Shown: piece by piece, positions 11,259-22,055 of the stretch
Numbering within the stretch: the stretch's first letter is position 1
Layout: every line of letters starts with the position of its first letter
Source of the DNA: Nitrosomonadales bacterium
Lineage (GTDB): Bacteria > Pseudomonadota > Gammaproteobacteria > Burkholderiales > Methylophilaceae
Assembly: GCA_038110565.1 (NCBI GenBank)
Contig: JAYNJX010000003.1
Span: 13,325-77,324, forward strand
Reading direction: 5' to 3'
Length of the DNA stretch: 64,000 nucleotides
Translations under genes and position numbers: made by a program
Notes under the pieces: generated by a model
Told to the model about the DNA's origin: nothing
Database searches by the model: none
Seen by the model: only the letters and a program-made list of their open reading frames with translations

Positions 11259-11881
11259 TAAAAAAACAGCTTTTTGATGGGTTATGGGCTCAAAATCCCG
11301 GACTGATTCAACTTCTAGGTCTTTGCCCTACACTTGCCGTAACCACTAATATCACAAATGGAGTCGCTTTAGGATTAGCAACTGTTTTTGTTATGGTCTT
11401 AGCCAATTCTTCAATTGCACCGATTCGAAAAATTGTTCCCGATGGCGTTAGAGTACCAATATTTGTCCTAATCATAGCGGGCCTTGTTACTATAGTTGAT
11501 TATACAATCCATGCGGTTTCATTTCCGTTATACCAAGCACTTGGAATATTTATTCCATTAATTGTGACCAATTGTATAGTCCTTGCGAGAGTTGAATCAT
11601 TTGCCTCTAAAAATTCTGTCAAAGAGTCTTTTTTTGACGCCTTGTTCATGGGTTTAGGCTTAACAATTGTTTTAATAATAATTGGGCTAATTCGAGAAAT
11701 TTTAAGTCAAGGGACAATTTTCCAAAATATTGAGTTCTTATTAGGTGATGAATTTGCTTTTTTAACAATTCATATTTTCGAACCTAAACACCAATTTTTA
11801 TTAGCATCACTCCCGCCAGGAGCATTTATTGCATTAGCTTTTTTAGTTGCTGGATCTAATCTAATCAATAAGAGAAAATGA
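11255..11881 (+). CDS. rsxE: Rnf/Rsx subunit E
   Basis: LLGLCPTLAVT, IPLIVTNC, LPPGAF. Confidence 0.95.
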   Translation: MIKKQLFDGLWAQNPGLIQLLGLCPTLAVTTNITNGVALGLATVFVMVLANSSIAPIRKIVPDGVRVPIFVLIIAGLVTIVDYTIHAVSFPLYQALGIFIPLIVTNCIVLARVESFASKNSVKESFFDALFMGLGLTIVLIIIGLIREILSQGTIFQNIEFLLGDEFAFLTIHIFEPKHQFLLASLPPGAFIALAFLVAGSNLINKRK

Positions 11882-12510
11882 ATGCTAATAAAAGAGAATG
11901 TATATTAGCAAAATTAAAGGCGAATACTCCTGAACCTACAACCGAATTAAAATTTAACTCACCTTATCAACTTCTTATAGCGGTAATCCTGTCGGCACAA
12001 ACAACTGACATTCAAGTCAATAAGGTTACTCAAAAACTTTTTAAAATTGCCCCTAATGAGCGATTACTATCAAGTCTTGATATCTCAGTGATTGAAGAAA
12101 TTATAAATTCAATAGGCCTTTATAAAACAAAAGCAAAAAATATTTTACAAACCAGTATTATATTAAATCAAGAATATAATGGCGTAATCCCTAAAACCAG
12201 AGAAGAACTTGTTAAATTACCCGGAGTGGGAAGAAAAACAGCGAATGTTTTTCTTAATACTATCCACAAAATTCCTGTTATTGCTGTTGATACCCATATT
12301 TTTAGGGTGTCAAATCGTATTGGCTTATGCAAGGGTAAAAATGTTCTTGAAGTTGAAAAAAAATTAACCAAGTTACTTCCAAAAAATTATTTAGTAGATG
12401 CTCATCACCTTTTAATTTTACATGGACGTTACATTTGTAAAGCCAGAAATCCAGAATGTTCACTATGCTGTATTGAAAATTTTTGTGAATATAAATCTAA
12501 AAGTTTTTAA
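11878..12510 (+). CDS. nth: Endonuclease III
   Basis: ILSAQTTD, HhH LPGVGRKTA, VDTH, C-terminal 4-Cys Fe-S motif. Confidence 0.97.
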   Translation: MNANKRECILAKLKANTPEPTTELKFNSPYQLLIAVILSAQTTDIQVNKVTQKLFKIAPNERLLSSLDISVIEEIINSIGLYKTKAKNILQTSIILNQEYNGVIPKTREELVKLPGVGRKTANVFLNTIHKIPVIAVDTHIFRVSNRIGLCKGKNVLEVEKKLTKLLPKNYLVDAHHLLILHGRYICKARNPECSLCCIENFCEYKSKSF

Positions 12511-12667
12511 TCGTTCTTGTTTTGATCTCATCCAGCACTGCTTGCTTTTCATTATCACTCAGATCAAACCACTGCGATATCTCATTAGCATTTCTTAAGC
12601 AGCCCACACAAAGGCCATCAGGATTGTATGTGCAGATACCAACACAAGGGGATAATATTTCAGACAT
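12497..12667 (-). CDS. DUF1289-family small Cys-rich protein, 56 aa (absent from ORF track)
   Basis: Hand translation gives MSEILSPCVGICTYNPDGLCVGCLRNANEISQWFDLSDNEKQAVLDEIKTRTIKNF*, with the SPCxxxC...CxGCxR...EI..W signature. ATG is 1 nt after the secA stop. Confidence 0.88.
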   Translation of the reverse strand: MSEILSPCVGICTYNPDGLCVGCLRNANEISQWFDLSDNEKQAVLDEIKTRTIKNF

Positions 12668-12668
12668 A

Positions 12669-15335
12669 TTAATTTAAAGCTCCATGACAATATTTATACT
12701 TTTTGCCACTTCCACAAGGACATATTTGATTTCTACTTACTTTCTGAGTAAATTGCTTTTCTTCGTTTACTGATGATTTAACTTTTGCATTTTCTAATTC
12801 TTTTTGTTTTTGAGCCTCAATCTCACGAGCCACTTTCTCATCCTTAACCTGAACCATCATGAAAACCCTAGCAATTTCGCTTTTAATAGTATCTAGTAAT
12901 TTTTCAAACATATTAAATGCTTCTTTTTTAAACTCCTGTTTAGGATCCTTTTGGCCATATGCACGTAAAACAACTGATTGTCTTAAATGATCTAGAGCTG
13001 TTAAATGCTCCCTCCAATGATGATCGATTATTTGAAGCATCACAGATTTCTCAAAATGTCTTAAAGCTTCATGACCTGCAATTTTTTCCTTATCAAAATA
13101 TTGATTTTGCGCCTCTCCAACAATTAATTGAGATAAGTCTAAAATCTCAATATTTGGATCTGTTTTCAAAATTTTATTTATATCCACCGTTAAATTAAAA
13201 TCTGTTTTTAATCTTGTTTCTAACGCTTCGATGTTCCAATTTTCCTCAACGCTTTCCTCAGGTATATATTCAAAAACAATATTTGTTATAGCCTCATGAA
13301 TGATATTTTTGGCCATCTGGTCTGTTTCGTTAGAGATTAATACTTCATTTCTTTGCTCATATAATACTTTTCTTTGACTGTTAGGAACCTCATCAAATTC
13401 CAATAACTGCTTCCTGATATCAAAATTTCGACCTTCTACCTTTTTTTGAGCATTCTCAATTGATCTAGTCACCCAGCGATGCTCAATAGGCTCATTTTCA
13501 GGCATATTTAACTTTTCCATAATCATAGAAATCTTTTCTGACGCGAAGATTCTCATTAAGGAGTCCTCTAGAGATAAATAGAATGTTGTTGATCCTGGAT
13601 CACCTTGACGACCTGAGCGCCCTCTTAACTGATTATCAATTCTTCTTGATTCATGTCGCTCAGTACCAATAATATGAAGACCTCCAGAATTTACTACAAG
13701 CTCATGGTCTTTTTTCCATTGTTCTTTTAGTAAATTAATTTTATCTTTAGATTTATTATTTTTTTCTTGTTCAAGCCTCTCAATTTCAGGATCTATATTT
13801 CCTCCAAGCACAATATCAGTCCCCCTCCCAGCCATACTAGTGGCAATGGTAATCAAGCCAGGTTTTCCAGCTTGTTCAATAATATGTGCTTCCTTTTCAT
13901 GATGTTTTGCATTTAAAATTTGGTGGGGTAATTTCTCTTTACTGAGAAGATTTGATATAAATTCTGAATTTTCTATTGAGGTAGTTCCAATCAGAATAGG
14001 CTGTTTATTTTTATGTCGCTGCTTAACATCCGCTATAACAGCTTTATATCGCTCAGCTGATGTTCGATATATCTTATCCATATTGTCAACTCTGGTTACT
14101 ATTTGATGCGGGGGCAATGCAATTGTTTCTAGATTATAAATAAATTTAAATTCTTCAGCCTCTGTCATAGCAGTTCCAGTCATTCCCGCTAACTTTCCAT
14201 ACATTCGAAAATAGTTTTGAAAAGTAATTCCCGCCATTGTTTTAGATTCTCTTTGTATCGTAACCTTCTCTTTAGCTTCAATTGCTTGATGTATTCCATC
14301 CCCCCATCTTCTTCCAGGCATCATTCTGCCAGTGAGCTCATCAATAATTACCACTGCACCATCTTTAACTACATAATCTTTTTCCTTGGTAAAAAAATGA
14401 TTTGCCTTAAGGGCTGACTGAACATAATGTAATAAATTAATATTTGAAGGATCATAAAGATTTGAATCTTTATTTAACAGTCCACTGTTAATTAAAATTT
14501 TTTCTATATTTTCATGCCCTATTTCAGACAGAACCACTTGGCTTGTTTTTTCATCGACATAAAAATCACCTTCACCCAGCTCATCTTTTTGTCTTTTTAG
14601 CTTACCCACAATCTTATTGATTTCACCATAAAGTTTAACGTCAACATCTGATTGGCCGGATATAACCAGAGGTGTTCTGGCTTCATCTATTAGAACAGAG
14701 TCTACTTCATCAATTAAAGCAAAATTCTGACTTCTTTGGACTTTCTGCTCTTGTGAATAAATCATATTATCTCTTAAGTAGTCAAAGCCAAACTCATTGC
14801 TTGTTCCATAAGTTATATCTGATTGATATGCTTTGATTTTTTCCTCTGTTGGGAGTTGTGACTGATTCACTCCGACAGATAGTCCTAAGAAATTATAAAT
14901 TTTCCCCATCCACTCAGCATCTCGCCTCGCTAAATAATCATTCACAGTCACTACATGCACACCCTTACCAGATAATGCATTCAAATAAACGGGTAAAGTT
15001 GCAACTAAGGTTTTACCTTCACCTGTTTTCATTTCTGCTATTTTCCCTTGATGGAGAGCAATGCCACCAATAATCTGAATATCATAGTGCCTAATACCCA
15101 ATGTTCGCACTGCAGACTCTCGAACAAGAGCGAATGCCTCAATTAGTAAATCATCCAGATTTTCCCCATTAGAAAATCTTTCTTTAAATTCTTGGGTCTT
15201 TTTTGGAAAGTCAGTAGATTTTAGTTTTTGATATTCTGGTTCTAAAGCATTAATTTTGGCAACAGTTGGATGTGATTGATTTAAAAATTTAAGGCTCTTG
15301 TCACCAAAAAGTGACTTAAATAAATTGTTTAACAT
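12669..15335 (-). CDS. secA: Preprotein translocase ATPase SecA
   Basis: MKTGEGKT, DEVDS, GRSGRQGDPG, C-terminal SEC-C CPCGSGKKYKYCH. Confidence 0.98.
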   Translation of the reverse strand: MLNNLFKSLFGDKSLKFLNQSHPTVAKINALEPEYQKLKSTDFPKKTQEFKERFSNGENLDDLLIEAFALVRESAVRTLGIRHYDIQIIGGIALHQGKIAEMKTGEGKTLVATLPVYLNALSGKGVHVVTVNDYLARRDAEWMGKIYNFLGLSVGVNQSQLPTEEKIKAYQSDITYGTSNEFGFDYLRDNMIYSQEQKVQRSQNFALIDEVDSVLIDEARTPLVISGQSDVDVKLYGEINKIVGKLKRQKDELGEGDFYVDEKTSQVVLSEIGHENIEKILINSGLLNKDSNLYDPSNINLLHYVQSALKANHFFTKEKDYVVKDGAVVIIDELTGRMMPGRRWGDGIHQAIEAKEKVTIQRESKTMAGITFQNYFRMYGKLAGMTGTAMTEAEEFKFIYNLETIALPPHQIVTRVDNMDKIYRTSAERYKAVIADVKQRHKNKQPILIGTTSIENSEFISNLLSKEKLPHQILNAKHHEKEAHIIEQAGKPGLITIATSMAGRGTDIVLGGNIDPEIERLEQEKNNKSKDKINLLKEQWKKDHELVVNSGGLHIIGTERHESRRIDNQLRGRSGRQGDPGSTTFYLSLEDSLMRIFASEKISMIMEKLNMPENEPIEHRWVTRSIENAQKKVEGRNFDIRKQLLEFDEVPNSQRKVLYEQRNEVLISNETDQMAKNIIHEAITNIVFEYIPEESVEENWNIEALETRLKTDFNLTVDINKILKTDPNIEILDLSQLIVGEAQNQYFDKEKIAGHEALRHFEKSVMLQIIDHHWREHLTALDHLRQSVVLRAYGQKDPKQEFKKEAFNMFEKLLDTIKSEIARVFMMVQVKDEKVAREIEAQKQKELENAKVKSSVNEEKQFTQKVSRNQICPCGSGKKYKYCHGALN

Positions 15336-15338
15336 AGT

Positions 15339-16223
15339 TTAATTTTTCTTTAGATATTTTCTTGGATCGAGGGATCGACCATTTAGTCTTATTTCATAAT
15401 GGAGGTGAGGGCCGGTAGATCTTCCGGAATTTCCTACCAGAGCAATTATTTGATCTCTCTGGATGATATCTCCAGTTTTTACAAATAGCTTCGAGGCATG
15501 CGCATATCTTGTTTCGATACCATTTCCATGTTTAATTTTAAGGTAATTTCCATAATCAGGCGCCTTTCCTGAATCAATTACAATTCCACTAGCGGTTGCT
15601 CTTATTTGTTCTCCTTCTGCAGCAGAGAAATCTAATCCCTCATGAAAAGCTCGGATACCCAAAAACGGGTCTGTTCTCCAGCCATAACTTGACGTACTGT
15701 AAGGAACGTTTACAGGATACAAAGTTGGAAGGGTATCCTTTAAAACACTTTGTTTTAACATGATTGCTTCAACTTCATTAAAAATATCCTCTCTTTTTTG
15801 CAGCAGCTCCATAGAACTTTGTATTGCGATTTGTAAATCCTGTTCAGTAACATTCGAATTAATAAAAGGCCCACCTTGATTTGCTGTTTTGGTATCTTTT
15901 TTTGGTAGAGATGGTAATTTTTGATTTCCTACTAACTGTTTCTTTAAAATGCCGTAAAGTCTCTCAGTCTGATTATCAAGTTCAAGAATTCGGGCATTAA
16001 GCTCACCCAGCTGACTCACAAATAAATTGATATTATCTTGGTATGAGTTTAAATTAGTTTCTAAATTTAGGGTTTGGATTTTATTCATAGCTTTACTTGA
16101 TAGCAAATAATGAAGACAATAAAAAGCTACAAAAAATGTGATAAAAAGCATAATTAAAAAAACTTTTAAATCAACAGAAAAAGGCTTGGCAATGTTCTTT
16201 TTACTAATAAATAAAATTTTCAT
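15339..16223 (-). CDS. M23 family metallopeptidase with N-terminal TM and coiled coil
   Basis: HEGLD and RSTGPHLHYE zinc motifs; typical position upstream of secA. Confidence 0.92.
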   Translation of the reverse strand: MKILFISKKNIAKPFSVDLKVFLIMLFITFFVAFYCLHYLLSSKAMNKIQTLNLETNLNSYQDNINLFVSQLGELNARILELDNQTERLYGILKKQLVGNQKLPSLPKKDTKTANQGGPFINSNVTEQDLQIAIQSSMELLQKREDIFNEVEAIMLKQSVLKDTLPTLYPVNVPYSTSSYGWRTDPFLGIRAFHEGLDFSAAEGEQIRATASGIVIDSGKAPDYGNYLKIKHGNGIETRYAHASKLFVKTGDIIQRDQIIALVGNSGRSTGPHLHYEIRLNGRSLDPRKYLKKN

Positions 16224-16242
16224 AAATTAGGCAATATTATAT

Positions 16243-16632
16243 ATGGATTCAGTTAAAAATTTGATGAATTTACCAATTATTTTGGACTTAAATAGGCAAA
16301 AAAAAATAGTGAGTGAGTTGCAACAACAAATTAAAAATACCTCCCATATTGATACTCAAGCTATCCTAATAAAAGAAAAAGAGATACTTATAATTGTGAG
16401 CAAAGGATCAGAGCTAACAAAATTAAAACTAATCAAAAATACAATACTAGCTGAAATTAGCAAAAAATATCCTACCTTAAACATCAAATCAATTAACTTA
16501 AAAGTTAAGCCCAAAGAATTAAAAAAAGAATTACCAAAAGGGGTAAAAAAAATTATCAAAAAAGATTTTTATGAAAATCTAATTCAAAAACTCTCAGATT
16601 CCCCTTTGAGGCGATATCTTAAAAATAGATAA
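16243..16632 (+). CDS. Probable DUF721/DciA-like protein (diverged)
   Basis: Divergent from M23-secA as DUF721 genes usually are; 129 aa, Lys-rich, C-terminal SDSPLR. Assignment is mainly positional. Confidence 0.55.
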   Translation: MDSVKNLMNLPIILDLNRQKKIVSELQQQIKNTSHIDTQAILIKEKEILIIVSKGSELTKLKLIKNTILAEISKKYPTLNIKSINLKVKPKELKKELPKGVKKIIKKDFYENLIQKLSDSPLRRYLKNR

Positions 16633-16633
16633 C

Positions 16634-17419
16634 ATGGAAAGCATTATTTTAACTTTTACAGGCTTATTTATAGGGTTCTTAGCTGGTCTTTTTGGGATTG
16701 GTGGCGGTCTTATTATGGTACCAATCATTACTTTTATTTTATTCTACTTTCATGATATTGCTCCAAGTATTGGTATCTACTTTGGAATTGGGTCGGCACT
16801 AATTTCGGTAATTCTAACCGGATCTCTTGCCACAGTCTCTCATATCAAAAATCGTAATTTTGATTTTGCACTCATCAGCCCGTTAATACTTCCAACAGCT
16901 ATTGGTTCTTTTTGTGGGAGTTTATTAACTCTTTATGCAGATTTTTTATTTTTAAAATACTTCTTTATTATTTATTGTTTTTTTACCGCTTTAAAATTAA
17001 AAAAAATAATTAAATTAGAAAATTTTTATAAAAAATTACCTAATAGATTAGCTGCAATTATATTTAGCGCAATTTCTGTCTTAGTTGGTATTGGGGGCGG
17101 AACATTATTTGCACCCTATTTAATTTCAAAAAAAATATCTCCTTATAAGTCGATCTCCTCTGCTAGTTTTTTAGGGGTGATCATTGGAATTATTGCGAGT
17201 ATAAGTTTTTTTACACGTCAGCCATTTCAAAGCTTGGACTTAAATATTAATTATTTTGGGCTATTGTATTTACCTGCTTTTTTTTATTTAACTCTTCCAA
17301 GCTTACTTGCAGTCAATATATCAACCAAAATACTGCTTACCATCTCTGAAGAAAAAATAAAAGAAATGTTTGCTCTACTTTTAATTTGCATCGGGGTAAT
17401 CTTTTTATTTACACTTTAA
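16634..17419 (+). CDS. TSUP (TauE/SafE) family membrane transporter
   Basis: Internally duplicated GLFGIGGG / LVGIGGG motifs; multiple TM segments. Confidence 0.88.
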   Translation: MESIILTFTGLFIGFLAGLFGIGGGLIMVPIITFILFYFHDIAPSIGIYFGIGSALISVILTGSLATVSHIKNRNFDFALISPLILPTAIGSFCGSLLTLYADFLFLKYFFIIYCFFTALKLKKIIKLENFYKKLPNRLAAIIFSAISVLVGIGGGTLFAPYLISKKISPYKSISSASFLGVIIGIIASISFFTRQPFQSLDLNINYFGLLYLPAFFYLTLPSLLAVNISTKILLTISEEKIKEMFALLLICIGVIFLFTL

Positions 17420-17488
17420 CAATTTGGGAAATTAATTCAATTTATGAGATAATTCTTTTTTTTCGAAATTTATCTGGGAGGAAAAAGT

Positions 17489-19516
17489 ATGTCGGAAATT
17501 CAAATAGCCATAGGTGCAGCGATTATTGCTGTTATTTATGGTGCTTTAGTATCTAAATCAATTCTCAGCTTACCCGCTGGTAATAAAAAAATGCAAGACA
17601 TTGCTGGTGCAATTCAAAAAGGTGCATCTGCTTATTTAGCTCGTCAATATAAAACAATAGCCATGGTGGGCATTGTACTAACTGCTCTAATTGGTTATTT
17701 TATTGACACGAATACCGCGATTGGTTTTGTTGTTGGTGCTGTCTTATCAGGGGCATGTGGCTTTATCGGGATGAATGTTTCAGTACGCTCTAATGTAAGA
17801 ACAGCTCAAGCAGCAACAAAAGGGATAGTCGAAGCTTTTGATGTCGCTTTTAAAGGTGGTGCAATAACTGGTATGCTAGTTGTTGGACTTGGCCTCCTCG
17901 GCGTGGCTGGTTTTTATTACTATCTTGGAGGCACAAATGCTGAAAATTTAAATCCATTAATTGGTTTAGCTTTTGGATCTTCTTTGATATCAATCTTTGC
18001 TCGTTTAGGTGGGGGTATTTTCACAAAAGGTGCCGACGTTGGTGCTGATCTTGTTGGTAAGGTTGAAGCTGGAATCCCTGAAGACGACCCAAGAAATCCC
18101 GCTGTAATTGCTGACAATGTGGGTGACAATGTGGGTGATTGTGCTGGTATGGCTGCCGATCTATTTGAAACTTACGCTGTAACAATAATTGCAACTATGG
18201 TTTTAGGTAGCTTAATAATTACAGGTGACACTATTAATGGTGTATTGTATCCATTACTTCTTGGTGCAGTTTCAATTATTGCTTCTATCATTGGTTGCTT
18301 CTTTGTTAAAGCAAACACAAAAATGTCAAATGTGATGCCCGCACTCTATAGAGGACTTGCTATTGCAGGGGGTCTTTCATTGATTGCTTTTTATAAAGTT
18401 ACAGAATATTTATTCCCAGAAGGTATTGTAATTGACGGAATCACTTATCCTACTATAGGCTTATTTGGCTCAGCTGCTATTGGGTTAGCGCTTACTGCGG
18501 CTCTTGTATGGATTACTGAGTACTACACGGGAACAGATTACAAGCCAGTTCAACATGTTGCTAAGGCTTCAGAAACTGGACATGCAACTAACATTATTGC
18601 AGGTATTGGTGTATCTATGAAATCAACTGCACTTCCCGTAATTTCAGTTTGCTTAGCAATTTTCTTTTCATATTCATTTGCAAATTTATATGGGGTAGCT
18701 ATCGCTGCAACCGCAATGTTAAGTATGGCTGGTATTATTGTTGCACTTGATGCTTATGGTCCTATTACCGACAATGCTGGTGGTATTGCTGAAATGTCGG
18801 GATTACCTCAAAAAGTTCGTGATATTACTGACCCATTAGACGCGGTTGGTAATACTACAAAAGCTGTTACTAAAGGTTATGCTATCGGCTCTGCTGGCTT
18901 AGCTTCATTAGTCCTTTTTGCTGATTACACCCACAAATTAGATGTTTACAGTATTATTGCAACATTTGATTTGAGTGAGCCTAATGTAATTATTGGGCTT
19001 ATTATTGGTGGTCTTATTCCTTATTTATTCGCTGCGATGGCTATGGAAGCTGTTGGCAGAGCAGCTGGTTCAGTTGTTGAAGAAGTTAGAAGACAGTTTA
19101 AAACCATCAAAGGGATTATGACTGGAAAAGCAGAACCAGATTATGCAAAGGCTGTTGATCTTTTAACCTCAGCTGCTATTAAGGAAATGGTCCTTCCATC
19201 ACTTCTTCCTGTGGCAGTTCCAGTTATTGTTGGGCTATCACCTTTAGGTGCTCAAGGGCTCGGAGGTCTTTTAATGGGCACAATCGTTACGGGTTTATTT
19301 GTAGCTATTTCGATGTGTACTGGAGGAGGCGCTTGGGACAACGCTAAGAAACATATTGAAGATGGTAATCATGGTGGCAAAGGTTCTGAGGCACACAAAG
19401 CTTCAGTGACCGGTGATACTGTAGGTGACCCGTATAAAGACACAGCGGGACCAGCTATCAACCCATTAATTAAAATTATTAATATTGTGGCACTTTTGAT
19501 TGTTCCATTGCTATAG
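17489..19516 (+). CDS. hppA: Membrane-bound pyrophosphatase, K+-independent H+-pumping type
   Basis: [26 protein letters not shown]; GNTTKA carries Lys at the K+-dependence site; GGAGG SD upstream. Confidence 0.93.
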   Translation: MSEIQIAIGAAIIAVIYGALVSKSILSLPAGNKKMQDIAGAIQKGASAYLARQYKTIAMVGIVLTALIGYFIDTNTAIGFVVGAVLSGACGFIGMNVSVRSNVRTAQAATKGIVEAFDVAFKGGAITGMLVVGLGLLGVAGFYYYLGGTNAENLNPLIGLAFGSSLISIFARLGGGIFTKGADVGADLVGKVEAGIPEDDPRNPAVIADNVGDNVGDCAGMAADLFETYAVTIIATMVLGSLIITGDTINGVLYPLLLGAVSIIASIIGCFFVKANTKMSNVMPALYRGLAIAGGLSLIAFYKVTEYLFPEGIVIDGITYPTIGLFGSAAIGLALTAALVWITEYYTGTDYKPVQHVAKASETGHATNIIAGIGVSMKSTALPVISVCLAIFFSYSFANLYGVAIAATAMLSMAGIIVALDAYGPITDNAGGIAEMSGLPQKVRDITDPLDAVGNTTKAVTKGYAIGSAGLASLVLFADYTHKLDVYSIIATFDLSEPNVIIGLIIGGLIPYLFAAMAMEAVGRAAGSVVEEVRRQFKTIKGIMTGKAEPDYAKAVDLLTSAAIKEMVLPSLLPVAVPVIVGLSPLGAQGLGGLLMGTIVTGLFVAISMCTGGGAWDNAKKHIEDGNHGGKGSEAHKASVTGDTVGDPYKDTAGPAINPLIKIINIVALLIVPLL

Positions 19517-19531
19517 TCAATAGGTCTAATT

Positions 19532-19562
19532 AAAAAAACCCATCAATCGATGGGTTTTTTTT
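19532..19562. terminator. Bidirectional intrinsic terminator between hppA and the tspO-like gene
   Basis: A7-CCCATC-aatc-GATGGG-T8 between convergent genes. Confidence 0.9.
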
Positions 19563-20019
19563 AACTATAAACTCTAAACATTAAAAAGGTCACAAATGTA
19601 ATCCAAATAGGTGTTAATAAAATTCCATAAAAGAATTTATTTCTTGCTTGGAAGAAAAGACCCGCAATAAAAGAAGAATAAACCATAGTGACCAAATTAC
19701 CCAATATAACTAAAGTTGGATTAGAAAAACCTTGGGTATAAACCGGGTAAGCTATACACCCAACAATCAAAAAAAATAGTAATTTTCTAAGTGCTGTATT
19801 TGTTGTTTTTTTGAAAATGTAAACTTGCATAGTCATTAAAAAAGTCCATACCATCCCAATAATATATCCATCAGGAAAATAAACATCATTCTTAAGAGCC
19901 TCTAAATGAGTAAACCCCTTAAAACCATAAAATAAGATAATAAAATTAATGAGGCATAAGATGAAAATTAAAACCAGTATTAATTGCCAGAGTTTTCTCT
20001 GATATAAATAATCAATCAT
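19561..20019 (-). CDS. TspO/MBR-like membrane protein (diverged)
   Basis: About 150 aa with roughly 5 TM; FPDGYIIGMVWT resembles the TspO PxxWxFxxVWT motif; ends LLTPIWITF. Confidence 0.6.
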   Translation of the reverse strand: MIDYLYQRKLWQLILVLIFILCLINFIILFYGFKGFTHLEALKNDVYFPDGYIIGMVWTFLMTMQVYIFKKTTNTALRKLLFFLIVGCIAYPVYTQGFSNPTLVILGNLVTMVYSSFIAGLFFQARNKFFYGILLTPIWITFVTFLMFRVYS

Positions 20020-20878
20020 TAGTCAGTAGTTTTAATGCTAACTTATATTTTTCAATAGTTTTTGAGATCACTTCATCTGGCAGTCTTGGGGGAGGTGCTT
20101 TTTTATTCCAATCAACAGTTTCAAGCCAATCTCTTAAGTATTGTTTATCAAAACTAGTTGGAGAAGTTCCAATCTGATAAGTATCTGCTGGCCAAAATCT
20201 TGAAGAATCAGGGGTTAAAATTTCATCCATAAGAACAAGTTCTTGATTTTCATCAAGTCCAAATTCAAATTTAGTATCCGCAATAATAATACCCCGAGTT
20301 TTGGCATAGTCTGCTGCAAACTTATAAATATTTTTTGTAGCATTAACTATTTGTGCAGAGATTTCATTACCAATTAAATTTTCCATCTCTTCATAACTGA
20401 TATTGATATCATGATCACCAACTTGGGCTTTTGTTGATGGTGTAAATATGGGATCATCTAACTTCTGAGCTAATTTTAAATTAGAGGGTAACTGAATCCC
20501 GCACACTTGGCCATCACGTATGTAATCTTTCCAACCGCTACCAATAATATAGCCTCTTATTATGGCCTCAACAGGTAATGGTGTTAATCTTTTAACAACC
20601 ACCGACCTATCAACGACCAATTCTTCTTCATTTTTACTAACAACGGTTTTTGGATCTATATCAGTCAGATGATTTTTAATTATATTTTTTGTTTTATTGA
20701 ACCAGAAATTTGAGACCTGACTTAAAACTTTTCCCTTACCAGGTATATCTTCATTCATAATAACATCGAATGCTGAAATACGATCTGATGTGACCATTAA
20801 GAAATGACGCTCATCAACGATATATGTATCCCTAACCTTACCTTGATGAAATAATTCTAGGCTTTGAATTTTTTTCAT
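20012..20878 (-). CDS. purC: SAICAR synthetase
   Basis: GKVRD, SDRISAFD, DTKFEFG, TPDSSRFW, DKQYLRDW. Confidence 0.97.
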   Translation of the reverse strand: MKKIQSLELFHQGKVRDTYIVDERHFLMVTSDRISAFDVIMNEDIPGKGKVLSQVSNFWFNKTKNIIKNHLTDIDPKTVVSKNEEELVVDRSVVVKRLTPLPVEAIIRGYIIGSGWKDYIRDGQVCGIQLPSNLKLAQKLDDPIFTPSTKAQVGDHDINISYEEMENLIGNEISAQIVNATKNIYKFAADYAKTRGIIIADTKFEFGLDENQELVLMDEILTPDSSRFWPADTYQIGTSPTSFDKQYLRDWLETVDWNKKAPPPRLPDEVISKTIEKYKLALKLLTND

Positions 20879-20879
20879 C

Positions 20880-22049
20880 TCAACTTTCCAACATTTCTAT
20901 TGCCGGTAACTTTTTTCCTTCTGCAAACTCTAAGAATGCGCCTCCTGCGGTAGATATATAGGAAACTTTATTCTGAATACCAAATTTTTCAATAGACGCG
21001 ATTGTATCACCTCCTCCAGCTAGGGAATACCCAGTGCTATTAGCTATCGCCTCTGCCAAAGCTTTAGTTCCATTTGCAAACTGGTCTATTTCAAATACAC
21101 CTACCGGTCCATTCCATAAAATAGTTTTAGCTTCATTAATTTTTTCTACAACATTGCTTATCGAGTAAGGTCCTATATCTAAAATAATATCGTCATTTTC
21201 AACATCAGCGATAAGCTTCACTTCTGATTTAGCATCCTCGCTAAATTCCTTGGCACATACAACATCTATAATGACTGGTAGCTTTGATCCTCTTTCTTCT
21301 ATGAAGCTAATGATTTTTTTTGCCTCAATAATAAGATCTGGTTCATATAATGAGGCCCCAACATTATTTCCCATAGCTGCCAAGAATGTATTCAATATTC
21401 CACCGCCGAGGACAAGGCCATCAACCTTCAGCGCTAAATTATTAAGAACTGATAACTTTGTAGACACTTTACTTCCACCAACAACAGCCACCATTGGTTT
21501 ATCGGGATTATTAAATGTTTTACTCAACGCCTTAACTTCATCGTAAAATAAAAATCCTGCACACTTTTCTTTTATATATTTTCCAATACCATAAGTACTC
21601 GCTTCTTTTCGATGAGCCGTTCCAAAGGCATCCATAACAAAAACGTCAGCCAGATCAGCGTAGTATTTCGATAAAGTTTCATCACATTTTTTTTCGCCTT
21701 TATTAAATCTTGTATTTTCAAGAACTAATAATTCATCATGTTTTATTTCAACTGGATTATTAACCCAATCGTCAATTAAACGAACTGAAATATTTAATTT
21801 TGTCCTTAGATAATCAGCGATTGGTTTTAATGATAGATCTTCATCATAAAGACCTTCTTCAGGTCTTCCCAAATGTGAAGTTAACATGACTTTTGCACCT
21901 TCTTTTAGAAGGTATTCTATTGTTGGGATTGTTGCATCAATTCTTGCTGTCGAACTTATTTTTCTATTTTCGATTGGGACATTTAGATCGGCGCGAAGAA
22001 ATACTCTTTTATCACTAACATTTATTTCGCTGATGCTTTTAAGCGTCAT
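20880..22049 (-). CDS. pgk: Phosphoglycerate kinase
   Basis: RADLNVP, SHLGRP, DAFGTAHR, WNGPVGVFE. Confidence 0.98.
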   Translation of the reverse strand: MTLKSISEINVSDKRVFLRADLNVPIENRKISSTARIDATIPTIEYLLKEGAKVMLTSHLGRPEEGLYDEDLSLKPIADYLRTKLNISVRLIDDWVNNPVEIKHDELLVLENTRFNKGEKKCDETLSKYYADLADVFVMDAFGTAHRKEASTYGIGKYIKEKCAGFLFYDEVKALSKTFNNPDKPMVAVVGGSKVSTKLSVLNNLALKVDGLVLGGGILNTFLAAMGNNVGASLYEPDLIIEAKKIISFIEERGSKLPVIIDVVCAKEFSEDAKSEVKLIADVENDDIILDIGPYSISNVVEKINEAKTILWNGPVGVFEIDQFANGTKALAEAIANSTGYSLAGGGDTIASIEKFGIQNKVSYISTAGGAFLEFAEGKKLPAIEMLES

Positions 22050-22055
22050 ACTTAG

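Noticed and set aside
18110-18138. Tandem repeat TGACAATGTGGG x2 in hppA
   Set aside because: It encodes the universally conserved DNVGDNVGD motif of membrane PPases, so it is not an independent repeat element.
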